Made by a program: the position numbers and the translations under genes. Source: Octopus sinensis (Eukaryota). Taken from it: a stretch of 64,000 nucleotides of DNA. Location of the stretch: NCBI RefSeq assembly GCF_006345805.1, contig NC_043013.1:7874001-7938000 (forward strand), in the 5' to 3' direction. Below are positions 52,078 to 64,000 of this stretch, one piece after another (position 1 is the first letter of the stretch; each line of letters starts with the position of its first letter). Under the pieces are notes generated by a model. The model did no database searches, was not told the DNA's origin, and saw only the letters and a program-made list of their open reading frames with translations.

Positions 52078-52730
52078 AATACAGTTCTATATTTCAGAGA
52101 TGAGGAATTATGTACATTACTCTTTTACTTGTTTTAGTCATTTGACTGTGGCCATGCTGGAGCACCGCCTTTTTAGTTGAGCAAATCGACCCCAGGACTT
52201 ATTCTTTGTAAGCCTAGTACAAATTCTATCGGTGTCTTTTGCCGAACCGCTAAGTTACGGGGACATAAACACACCAGCATCAGTTGTCAAGCGATGCTGG
52301 GGGGTCAAACACAGACACACAAACATATACACGCACATACATATATAATGGGCTTCTTTCCATCTACCAAATCCACTCACAAGGCTTTGGCTGGCCCAAG
52401 ACTATAGTAGAAGACACTTGCCCAAGGTGCCACGCAGTGGGACTGAACCCAGAACCATGTGGTTCATAAGCAAGCTACTCCTATGCCATTATTTACATTA
52501 TTTAGATTTGACTGATATTTGTCCTCATCTTGTTTGTTGTTAACACATTTTGGCTAATATAACCTCCAGCCTTCATCAGGTGTCTTGGGGAAATTTCAAA
52601 CCTGGGTTCTCATTCCTAAGGTATTTTTCGATGTTATTATTATGATTATTTTTATTCAGGTCACTGCCTGGAATCAAACTCGGAATCTTGGGGTTAGTAG
52701 CCTGCGCTCTTAACCACTATGCCATATGCC
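52078..52730 (-). mobile_element. SINE family E (second copy) interrupted by a family A SINE (52118-52490)
   Basis: Reverse complement head tggcatagtggttaagagcgcaggctactaacc; GACAC-CTGATGA-A-GGCT..AGCC with the GAAAC core lost; tail continues beyond the insertion (tacatta on both sides). Confidence 0.82.
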
Positions 52731-53034
52731 AGTGGGCATTAGCCCCAAGATTTCGAGTTTGCTCAAAGACACTGCACATCATCAGGTATATGGCATATGC
52801 CTGATGATGGAGCGCTTAGCTACTTGCTGTTAACTTCATAAGCAGGCTATTCCATTCTGTTGATCGGATCAACTAGAACACTTGTCATCATAACTGAAGG
52901 AGTGCCAGTTTACATGTGTGTGAGAGTGTATTTGTATTGTTTAATTTATACAAATTAAGTAAGCTGTATATGTATATTCTACTCTTTTGTATATATTTAT
53001 TTTCTTGGCTACTGGGGATAAGTTAGGAAAATTG

Positions 53035-53078
53035 TTGTGCTGATGATGCCTGTTGAAGGCAGAAACATGCATCCACGA
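53035..53078 (+). ncRNA. Type I hammerhead motif
   Basis: TTGTG-CTGATGA(53040-46)-TGCCT-gttga-AGGCA-GAAA-C-atgc-ATC-CACGA; stems I and II pair; C-A mismatch in stem III. Confidence 0.7.
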
Positions 53079-53109
53079 ATGGCCTCTTCTACCCAGACAA
53101 TAAGCCCAG

Positions 53110-53460
53110 CAAACTGGCTTCCGTGCCGGTGACATGTAGGAGGCACCATTCGAGCGGGATCGTTACCAGCATCGCCCCGACTGGCACCTGCGCCGTTGGC
53201 ATGTGTAAAAAATTCGAGCGAGGTCATTGCCAGTACCACCTGACTGGCACCTGTGGCACCAGTGGCACGCAAAAGCACCCACTACACTCTTGGAGTGGTT
53301 GGCATTAGGAAGGGCATCCAGCTGTAGAAACTCTGCCAGATCAGATTGGAGCCTGGTGCAGCCATCTGGTTCACCAGCCCACAGTCAAACTGTCCAACCC
53401 ATGCTAGCATGGAAAGCGGATGTTAAACGACGACGACGACGATGATGATGATGATGATCG
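53110..53460 (+). mobile_element. RTE 3' tail fragment
   Basis: ggttggcattaggaagggcatccagc...gacgacgatgatgat. Confidence 0.85.
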
Positions 53461-53874
53461 ACTGCAGAGAATTCTTGATCCTTGAGATTATCTCCCCTTC
53501 TCATGTGGAGCTGGTCATAATTGCCATCTGGTAATTATAGTATCTTTAGAGGCAGAAATAATTTTCATAACTTGAGAACTTACATTGTATGGTATTTGAT
53601 ATATCTGTATATTTTATCTATCTCATACATGCCACTGCCCGTTCTTAGCTCGTTTTTGTTTCATATAATTTTAAGCTCACCCACGCATACATTGACACGT
53701 GCTCACCCCCATTTACACATACATACTCCATCCTTACATACATAAATGTGCTTGCACACTCTAGTTCACTGTTATTATCTCCCTTTCTCTCAGCCTCTTT
53801 CTTCCAGTCATTTCATCAAGTTGAACCATTAACCCCTACATATCTTCTTTCTCTCTCCATGTTTTCTCTTAACC

Positions 53875-53910
53875 CTTTCTGCTGAAGAGCATAGGCTCGA
53901 AATATCAAAG
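53875..53910 (+). ncRNA. Minimal hammerhead-like motif with A6C
   Basis: CTTT-CTGCTGA-A-GAGC-atag-GCTC-GAAA-T-ATC-AAAG; stems I and II perfect, stem III ATAT palindrome. Confidence 0.55.
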
Positions 53911-54034
53911 ACTTTTCCATTCTTCCTGAGCATCAAGCTGATAAGGTTGCTTGTTGTTCCCCCTCCTTGTCTTTGTCTTTTGATTTCTGTAAATTTGAAC
54001 TAGATATATGTGTATGTCTCTGTCTATATGTATT

Positions 54035-54250
54035 TCTTTACTACCCACAAGGGGCTAAACACAGAGGGGACAAACAAGAACAGACAAAGGGATTAAGTCG
54101 ATTACATCGACCCCAGTGCGTAACTGGTACTTAATTTATCGAACCCGAAAGGATGAAAGGCAAAGTCGACCTCGGCGGAATTTGAACTCAGAACGTAACG
54201 GCAACGGAATACGGCTACGCATTTCGCCCGGCATGCTAACGTTTCTGTCG
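54035..54250 (-). mobile_element. SINE family D, young copy
   Basis: CpG-rich reverse complement of the D consensus. Confidence 0.9.
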
Positions 54251-54659
54251 GCTCGTCTCTGTCTATATATATGTATGTTGGTGTGTGTATGTGCATATAT
54301 ATATAGAAATATTCTTTTACTCTTATATATGTATCAGGGATGTGCCATCTACGTAGGCAGTGCCTATCTTGAATAAAATAGATTGATAGCAACATTTTCC
54401 TCTCATGGCAAAATATGCACCTAATTCAATAAAAATTATGAAGGTTACTATGCATAAAATGCAAAATGTTTTATTTTTCTGTAGATTAGGTAGGCATAAT
54501 TCACCCCTGCTTTTCAATCTCAGTTTTTAAGCTACACATAGTACTGCTGTAGTACATGTGTTGGGTACATTTCAACAACACAGTTTTCTGTATGTGTAAT
54601 AAAGGCAGAAATAGATCTGCCTTCAACTCAGTCGGGTAACTGTGTTTCATTTATGTTTT

Positions 54660-55072
54660 GTGTGCTGATATATATACTCTTTAACTCTTTTACTTGTTTC
54701 AGTCATTTGACTGCGGCCATGCTGGAGCACCGTCTTTAGTTGAGCAAATCGACCACGGGACTTATTCTTTGTAAGCCCAGTACTTATTCTATCGGTATCT
54801 TTTTGCCGAACCGCTAAGTGATGGGGACGTAAACACACCAGCATCGGTTGTCAAGCAATGCTAGTGGGACAAACACAGACACACAAACACATACATACAT
54901 ATACATATACGACAGGCTTCTTTCAGTTTCCGTCTACCAAATCCACTCACAAGGCATTGGTCGGCCCGGGGCTATAGCAGAAGACACTTGCCCAAGGTGC
55001 CACGCAGTGGGACTGAACCCTGAACCATGTGGTTGGTTAGCAAGCTATTTACCACACAGCCACTCCTGCGCC
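54660..55072 (-). mobile_element. SINE family A, young copy
   Basis: Full-length reverse complement. Confidence 0.92.
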
Positions 55073-55111
<39 letters not shown>

Positions 55112-55120
55112 TTTATTTAT

Positions 55121-55228
55121 TTTATAGAAGGAGCTTCTACAGGACTAGAACTGTTTCATTCAACCAAGCTTCCTGATGATTTCATTTGAATGAAACAGTT
55201 CTAGTCCTGCAGAAGCTCCTTCTATAAA
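55121..55228. repeat. 43-bp inverted repeat (one mismatch) with a 22-nt loop
   Basis: 55121-55163 vs 55186-55228. Confidence 0.95.
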
Positions 55229-55297
55229 TTAAATTAATTTACTCTGCTATGTATTGAGTACCTTATTTACTGTGGTTAACCCCAACTCAACCCGGTA

Positions 55298-55340
<43 letters not shown>

Positions 55341-55819
55341 TATATTATATATATATATTATATATATATATTCATTTCTTTTTCCTTCTTCAACTGCCCA
55401 CCATAAGTCGCCATTGACTGCTTTTGTTCAGTGATCATCCTGTGGCAGGCTTGCACATGGTCTACAAATGCCTGCTCTCGATCTGCAGCTGACATCTGCT
55501 GTTGATGCAGCTACTTGACACAACAGAGAAGTGATGCCTCTCGTGTGACCTTTTGTGTTCTCTCTGTTGTTTACTATCATTATCGTTATTGCATTTAATT
55601 CCAATTTTCATGCTGGCATGGGCCGGGTCGTTCAACAGGAACTGATGAGTTGGAAGACTTGCAGCATGCTCCAAGGTCTATTTTAGCATGCTTTCAGTGC
55701 CTTTCTAATGCCAGCCCTGTTACAGAATGTGCTGTTTTTTCCATTGCACCAACACGAGTGAAATTTGCCTTGTACCTTGGAAAGAGCCCAAGGGCCAAGG
55801 ACTAAGATGAGGAATTATT

Positions 55820-56250
55820 TACATTACTCTTTTACTTGTTTTAGCCATTTGACTGCGGCCATGCTGGAGCACCGCCTTTCTAGTCGAGCAAATTGACCTC
55901 AGGACTTATTCTTTGTAAGCCTAGTACTAATTCTATCGGTGTCTTTTGCCAAACCACTAAGTTATGTATTTCTTTACTGCCCACAAGGGGCTAAACACAG
56001 AGAGGATAAACAAGGACAGACATAGGTATTAAGTCGATTACATCGACCCCAGTGCGTAACTGGTACTTAATTTATCGAGGCAAAGTCGACCTCGGTGGAA
56101 TTTGAACTCAGAACGTAACGGCAGACGAAATACGGCTACGCATTTTGCCCGGCGTGCTTACGATTCTGCCTGGGGACATAAACACACCAGCATCGGTTGT
56201 CAAGCGATGTTGGGGGAACAAACACAGACACACAAACATATACACGTATA
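55820..56250 (-). mobile_element. Family A second module interrupted by a family D SINE (55965-56170)
   Basis: taagttatg|...|tggggacataaac split around a D copy. Confidence 0.8.
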
Positions 56251-56489
56251 TGCTTGGGAGTGAGTAAAATTAAGCAGATTCCAGGAATTTACAATTGCTT
56301 TGCTTAAAGGTAAAGGGGGATCTTGACAGGTTTTGAACATAAAATGTGAAAATGCCTGTTACTAAATTCTGTCTGTTATTGCTTTTGCCAACCCCAACAC
56401 TTTAACAGTTTCTCTCTATTCCACTGCACCTCAGCTTTTCTAATATTTAATCTAATATTTAATCATTCAATTGTAGCTTTTATTTGAGA

Positions 56490-57262
56490 ATGAAAAAGTC
56501 AGACATGTCAACAAGACCATAAAGTAGCAGAAGGTAGAAGCTCCAGGAAACTGTGAAAGGAGCAGAAATGTATGGGAAGTACTAGGAGATTGTTGGAGTA
56601 GCCTCTAAAAGATGGCTTGGACTTGGCAACTAGAGAGTCGGGAGGTGGAAAAATATCAATGCCAGGTACATAGAAGAGAGGGCTCATAGTACAAAGGATC
56701 TGCAGATCATTGTGTAAAGGAAGTAGGACTTGCCCAGCAGGACAATGGATATAGAGGGACCAAACATTCAAGAGCAAAATGTTTTGGAGCAAACTCTGGA
56801 TAACTGACCAAGGAACATTTTCCTTCATCCTGTCTATTATTGTTTTTGCCAACCCCAAATGACATTACAATTTAGGGTAAGCAGTTTGAAGCAACTTTTT
56901 GTACCCTGAACCACATTTTGACTGGCTGTCCTAAATCACTGAGAGAAAGCCAATACAAGTGGCAGTATAACAAGGTCCTTAGAGAAATCACCAAATGGAC
57001 AGGCTAGCAGAAGGTTAAGGTCAACAAACAGCAGCCACCATCATGAAAGGCATCAAATTCCTAAGGGAAGGTGACTGACAAGGCTCCTAGGATGAGAGCA
57101 ATAATAGGGGACCCATTTTCTATTTTGCATCCAGCCTCAGATTGGGAGATGCAAGTGAACCTGAAGGGTATTCTTGTCTTCCAAGAGATGGTAGGGGTAA
57201 CATCACCCCAAGACATGTTCCTGCTATCCAGGAATACAAAAACAATTATCATGATTGATACA
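56490..57262 (+). mobile_element. Decayed HERO/NeSL-like RLE LINE fragment (zinc knuckle to endonuclease start)
   Basis: LWITDQGTFSFIL; CTLNHILTGCPKSL...YKW.YNKVL; ASDWEMQVNL...LVF...T.P.D..L.SRNTKTIIMI. Confidence 0.78.
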
Positions 57263-57264
57263 AA

Positions 57265-57455
57265 ACATCATCATCATCATTTAGCGTCCGCTTTCCATGC
57301 TAGCATGGGTTGGACGGTTCAACTGGGGTCTGTGAAGCCAGAAGGCTGCATCAGGCCCAGTCTGATCTGGCAGTGTTTCTACGGCTGGATGCCCTTCCTA
57401 ACGCCAACCACTCCGTGAGTGTAGTGGGTGCTTTTTACGTGCCACCGGCACGGAA
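57265..57455 (-). mobile_element. RTE 3' tail fragment
   Basis: (ATC)n + ttagcgtccgctttccatgctagc...ggatgcccttcctaacgccaacc. Confidence 0.88.
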
Positions 57456-59068
57456 AACAGTATACATAATTATCATGGTCGAATTTAAAGTGTCCTAGGA
57501 GGGCAGACTTGACATTTCTCACCGGCTGAAGAAAACCATATATCGTTGGCACTTTGGGAAAATGTTTAGCAGCATTTCTTCTTGCACTTTACATTCTGAG
57601 TTCAAATACTACAGAGGTCAGTGAACTTTGCTTTTTACTATTCTTGGGTCGATGGTATCGATTAACACCCTGCCCCTAAAATTACTGACCTTGTGTGTAC
57701 ATTAGAAATGTTAGAAAGAATTATTATTAATGCCCACGTATATACTCTATACCTTATATAGAGTATATACATTTCCCCCAGACACACACTCACTATAGGA
57801 GCATAAGATAAACAGTCTGTAATGATTCTCTCAATGTATTAACAGTAGAGATAAACAGGTATTGAAACCAGGCCGCGAATTTTACAAGAGCTTGCCATTT
57901 ATGATTTTGAGGGCAGCTGGATGGCAGAATTGGTAGAAAGCTAATCACGTCTATATTCAAATAAATATATCCCTTGACGTTATGCTTTCAAATCCGGCCG
58001 GAGTCGACTTAGTTCTTCCTCTTTCTGGAGTTAATAAAAATGTTCACTCCCGTAAAATGTATGGTCATTTGCCCAAGTTACAATTATCGTTAATTAGGCA
58101 TTAATATTGTTTTAAGAAAAGAGTGACAAGAATTTGTGACGTTCATGTCTTTGCTGAGATATGAACTTTCGAACTACCTATTGGTGTTTCGATGTGGTGG
58201 AGTTGCTGTTTAGCCTCAGCACAGGCCGTGATCGAGTAGGTCGATGTTTCTGTTGTGACCACTCCTTTTATTTAAGCATAGTGTATCTACAAATACATTA
58301 TCCAACGTGTCTTTCCTTGATAGTAGGATGTGATTTGTGGGAGATTTCACTGGTATTTCTAGCAAGCCGAACGACCACGTAGACATAGACTCCTTGGTTG
58401 GTTCATGTTTAGATTTGTAGTTGTGCGTTGATGTTAGGGAAGATAAGCGATTTAACGGTTCATGTCAATCAGTAGTGAACGAAGCAGAGGGAAAAAAGAG
58501 AAAGAGAAAAGAATAAGAAAGAAGAAGAAGGAAGAAACAAGTTGGCCTGAGGCTACTAAACGAAGCAGTAGTAAAAGTGGTGTAAAATACCACTGCATAC
58601 TAAGGAAGATTCACTGACCGAACACTAAATATTTGCCAAGAGTAAGCAATCCACCCACGTGTGGAGTTTCGTTCGACAAAAATAAATAAACCGATATTAA
58701 AGCAAGGATCTTAATAAAACCCCCGTTTAAATTTCGCCGCCCGGAAAAGATCTATAATCGAACGAAACTAGAAAAAAAAAAGAGGAAACAAAACCTCAGT
58801 TGTGTATGTATATATATTTATATATATGTATGTAGGATAAATGAAAAAGACATATACATACATATAAGTGTAAGAGAGAGAAGAATTAAGGTGTATAGTG
58901 GGATGATCGTACAGCTATGCCACGAGCAGTTAGGATGTCTAGCGTATAGTTCTATGTCATTTATTCTATGGAAACTTGTCTGGTATCTTCTGTACTCTTT
59001 CCGTTTCACACACACACTCACGCACTTGTCTTCTCTCTTTCCTTCTCCGTCTCTTTCTTCGACCGCAG

Positions 59069-59212
59069 CAGCTGATTTCACTGAAAATGCAACTAGCCAC
59101 TGTGTTAGCCACAACTTCGACAGTCGCTTGTACAACAACAGGCTTATGTTATTCAACAAAAACTCTACAGAAATGTGACGGCACCTGCTGGATTCGAACA
59201 ATGATCGTTCTG
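59069..59212 (+). CDS. Candidate 144-nt exon (QLISLKMQLATVLATTSTVACTTTGLCYSTKTLQKCDGTCWIRTMIVL), gene unknown
   Basis: Long polypyrimidine tract ending gaccgcag|cag (NAGNAG), donor ctg|gtaagc; only one forward frame is open; no recognised homology. Confidence 0.3.
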
Positions 59213-60122
59213 GTAAGCAGTTTGGAACAAGTTCCTAAATAATACAGCACTTCGCTTTATCTTTTGTCTTACAGTTTCCCCCACTGACTTAAGCACACAC
59301 AAAAAAAAAAAAAAAAGGAAAGAAAAAGGAAAAGAAAACGAAAAATCCATGGTCATTTCTGTTCGTTGTTGGGTTTTCATTCAATGCTTCCAGGTTGATT
59401 TCACGTACTGATTGATAGTTCTCTCTTTTCTTCTTCTTCTTCGAATCCCTCCCGAGGTCGACTTAGCCATTCATTCTTTAGAGAATCGATAAAAAATAAG
59501 TACCAGTTAACAACTGGACGAGTCAATCGGCGGTTCCTTGTGTTTTATTTTCTTTTTTGAAATTGTGTGGTTCTTGTGCCTATGTTAGACATTATTCTTA
59601 ATTTCATTCCACCTTCTTCCACGTCTTTTACAATCACTTTAAGATATTTCGGCACATTGATGATAGTGGACAATCTCCCGCCGCCGCCGCCGCATACGAG
59701 GTATCGTCTTAATGTTTATCGCAATCGGATGGAAAAACCTACCCTCCAACACCATCCGAATAGAAAAAACAAAATGAAAAGACAAAAAAAAAAAAATGAA
59801 AGAAGGAAAGGAAGAACTAGTAAAAAAATTGCTTTAACTCCCACCTCACAAATTGAATGTCTTAATCGAGCAGACTATATATATACACGCACGCTACATA
59901 CATACATACATACATACATACATACACACATATACACATACAAACATACATACATATATACATACATACATACGTACGTACGTACGTACATGCATACATA
60001 CATACATACATACATCATACATACATACATACACACATACATACATACATACATACATACATACATACATACATACATACATCATTTTCATTTAACATCC
60101 GTGTTCCATGCTGGTATGGGTT

Positions 60123-60153
<31 letters not shown>

Positions 60154-60530
60154 TTTGCAAACATATACATGCCTATTCACATGCAAAAACATACACATAT
60201 ACATACTACACGCACACACATATATATATATATACACGTATGCATATATATTCATACACATACAATATTCAAATATATGTATGTGTATATATATATATGT
60301 ATATATACACAAGCATATACATACATGTTATATTTATATAACTCATGTATATTTTAATAATTACTGGTATCTTTGTATAGTAATACATTTCATATGTAAA
60401 GCATAATACGTTATACACGTATGTATATTCCTGTAATTGTCATTTTAGTAAATAAATATATAAGTTAACATAATATAATGTCTAAAAGTTGATGAACCAC
60501 CTATTGATCCCCTCCATTTTCATATTGCTA

Positions 60531-60562
<32 letters not shown>

Positions 60563-60569
60563 GATCTAC

Positions 60570-60607
<38 letters not shown>

Positions 60608-61547
60608 ATCTCTCTCTCCTCTCCTCTCTTCTCTCTTCTCTATTATAATATATATATATCTATATATATATATTATATATATATATATATATATACACAT
60701 GCACGTGCACTACACTACACTACACCTACACACACCGCAGCATTTATATCTTGGATGTTTGAATAGACGAAGCGGAGAGAGAGAAAGAGAGGAGAGAGAG
60801 GGTGATAGAGATAGAGAGCTAGGTAGGTAGATAGATAGATAGATAGATAGATATAGATAGATAGATAGAGAGAGAGAGAGAGAGGCAGAGGGCCAAGTCT
60901 TGGCACAGATGGTTTTATAGAAAGAAAGCTATGTTCTTTAAGCTTTGACAAGTCAATGAAAGAGTCTACCAGCCCCGAATATAAACAAATTGTTCGCTCC
61001 TAGTACCAAGAACTGTCGACACTTTATTCCGTTCGCTTCTCGCTGATAATCTTCTTCACATTCCTTCTTTTCTGCCGAAATCGTCTTCTGACATCGATAT
61101 TTCTTTGACTTAACCAAAAACTTACTTTTATATACTTTAGTTATGCTCAAAAAATAACTGCATATGTTTAATTGAATGCGCCCGCACGCACTTCCATACA
61201 TACATACATACATACATACATAATACATAAATACATACATATATACGTACATACATACATGGATACATATATATTTACATACATATAAATCATACATACA
61301 TACATACATACCTACACACATACATACATACATACATACATACGTACGTACGTACGTACATACATACATACATACATACATACATGGATACATACATACA
61401 TACATACGTACATACATACATGTGCACAAGCTGCATATACAAATGTATTATATACACACACATATACATGTGTGTGCGTGTATGCATATATCTATGTTTA
61501 TATGTAAATATAATACACATACATATATGTATGTATATATTATATAT

Positions 61548-61587
<40 letters not shown>

Positions 61588-62499
61588 AACATATATTGGT
61601 ATGTGTGCTTATGTGTGTGCCTCAAATACACACTCACAGACACACACATTATGTTGTCAATGCTGACAACCACAACTACCACGTATACTATTTTTCAATA
61701 ACACAGATTACACAAAACACACCGTATGTAAATGTGTTTCAATATTGTAACCGACGACGACACAACACAATCGTGATATTGTATTCACGTTACAGGCGCG
61801 CATACACACACATAATCCTGTTCATTCATTTAAGATAAAAAGGAAATATCACTACACACACACACATACACGCACACAGCTGTACATATATATATATATA
61901 CATATATATACATACACGCATACATACATCCTTATTTAAAGTTACTATAATAAATCATAACTAAACACTTGAGTAATATTAACGCGTATACACGCACACG
62001 CTTTCCATCATTCGCAATGTGCGCGTGTGTGTATGTGTGTGTATGTGTGTATGTATGTATGTGTGTGTGTGTGTGGAGAGATAGAGTACTATGTATATAT
62101 ATATATATATATATTTATCTATTTATGTTACATAGATATATTCACATGCTTACGTGTGTATACATATACTAGTACGCACGAAGACTTGTCTAGGTTAGTT
62201 ATTTGATATATAATTATTAATTAATTCTTGTTTGTTTTTTTTTAAATATAATAATTAATTCTTGTTAATTATGTATTTTTATTATTATTAATTAACTAGT
62301 ACACATGCCATGCTACTCGTTGTGAAATGGGAAGAATTGCTATATATATATATATATTATATATATAATTATATCATTTTAATACATGTACTTTCAAATT
62401 CTGCCTGACCGTCTGTCATCTATCTATAAACATACACACCCACACATTATAGCTTCTATCTATCTATCTATCTATCTATATCTATCTATCTATCTATCT

Positions 62500-62532
<33 letters not shown>

Positions 62533-62601
62533 GTATATATATAATTATATAATATATATATATATATTATATATATATATATTATATATATTATATATAT
62601 A

Positions 62602-62642
<41 letters not shown>

Positions 62643-63089
62643 GTGTGTGTGTGTGTGTGTGTGTGTTTATGGAGGGAAAACACTGCTGCTAGCCGAGAAG
62701 TAGCGATTGTCTATCATTTCTGTTACAAAGTAGCGAAACTCGGAGAACTATCCTCCCACATCACTATATCTGCACTAAATACTACTACTGTTACACACAC
62801 ACACACACGCACATAACACACACACACACACACGCACATAACACACACACACACACACACGCACATACACACACGCATAAATTCTCTTGTTCTCTCTCAG
62901 TGCAATGATGTGTTTACAAGTAGGGAACACAAGCGAATATACATATAGTACTGGGTCTGTTTTGAAGTGTAAGCCTCTATGTATGTGTGTGTGTGTATTT
63001 GTTATATGTACGCATCTGTTGCAAACTTGTCTATTATGATGTTTTAATATGGTTTTAATACATGTACTTTCAAATTCCGCCTGACCGTC

Positions 63090-63740
<651 letters not shown>

Positions 63741-64000
63741 ACGCACACACACATTTAAATACACATACATACATACATACATGCAAAAATCCATACATGT
63801 ATACATCTATGCATGCATGCATTCTTACATGCATGCATACATGTTCACAGGAAGAAAAAAACTGTACTCACATTATATACACATTATTATTGACACCACC
63901 AAACACACAGCTTTATGTACTTGTAACGACACTACCATATTATATACATCTTTGTGTGGGTGTTTTTAATCTATGATATGCTTTAATTCAAATATGTGTA

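Noticed and set aside
59567-60406. 279-aa ORF with a non-repetitive N-terminus
   Set aside because: It crosses A-rich and (TACA)n tracts and an RTE tail; no domain signal.

Overview
This is an AT-rich, microsatellite-dense eukaryotic window made almost entirely of repeats. The tRNA-derived SINE families, RTE tails ending in (GAT)n and heavy (TA)n/(TACA)n/(GATA)n load point to an octopus or other coleoid cephalopod genome (inference). I found no intact host gene, rRNA, tRNA gene or CRISPR array, and nearly all supplied ORFs are translations of microsatellites. Recognisable content: at least five modular tRNA-SINE families in dozens of copies; a decayed RTE LINE and RTE 3' ends with internal tandem arrays; CR1 and restriction-like-endonuclease (R4/Dong-like, HERO-like) LINE fragments; and decayed Tc1 (DD36E), maT-like (37-residue spacing), mariner and pogo-like DNA transposons. 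Two low-confidence splice-flanked exon candidates remain. The main unexplained signal is about ten type I hammerhead-ribozyme (HHR) motifs of Penelope-like (PLE) architecture from several unrelated short elements. One, at 50087-50184, has a fully canonical core. Two are embedded in a tRNA-headed SINE. Several lie in or beside long inverted duplications. Repeat boundaries are read by eye and approximate; ribozyme and hairpin coordinates were counted base by base.
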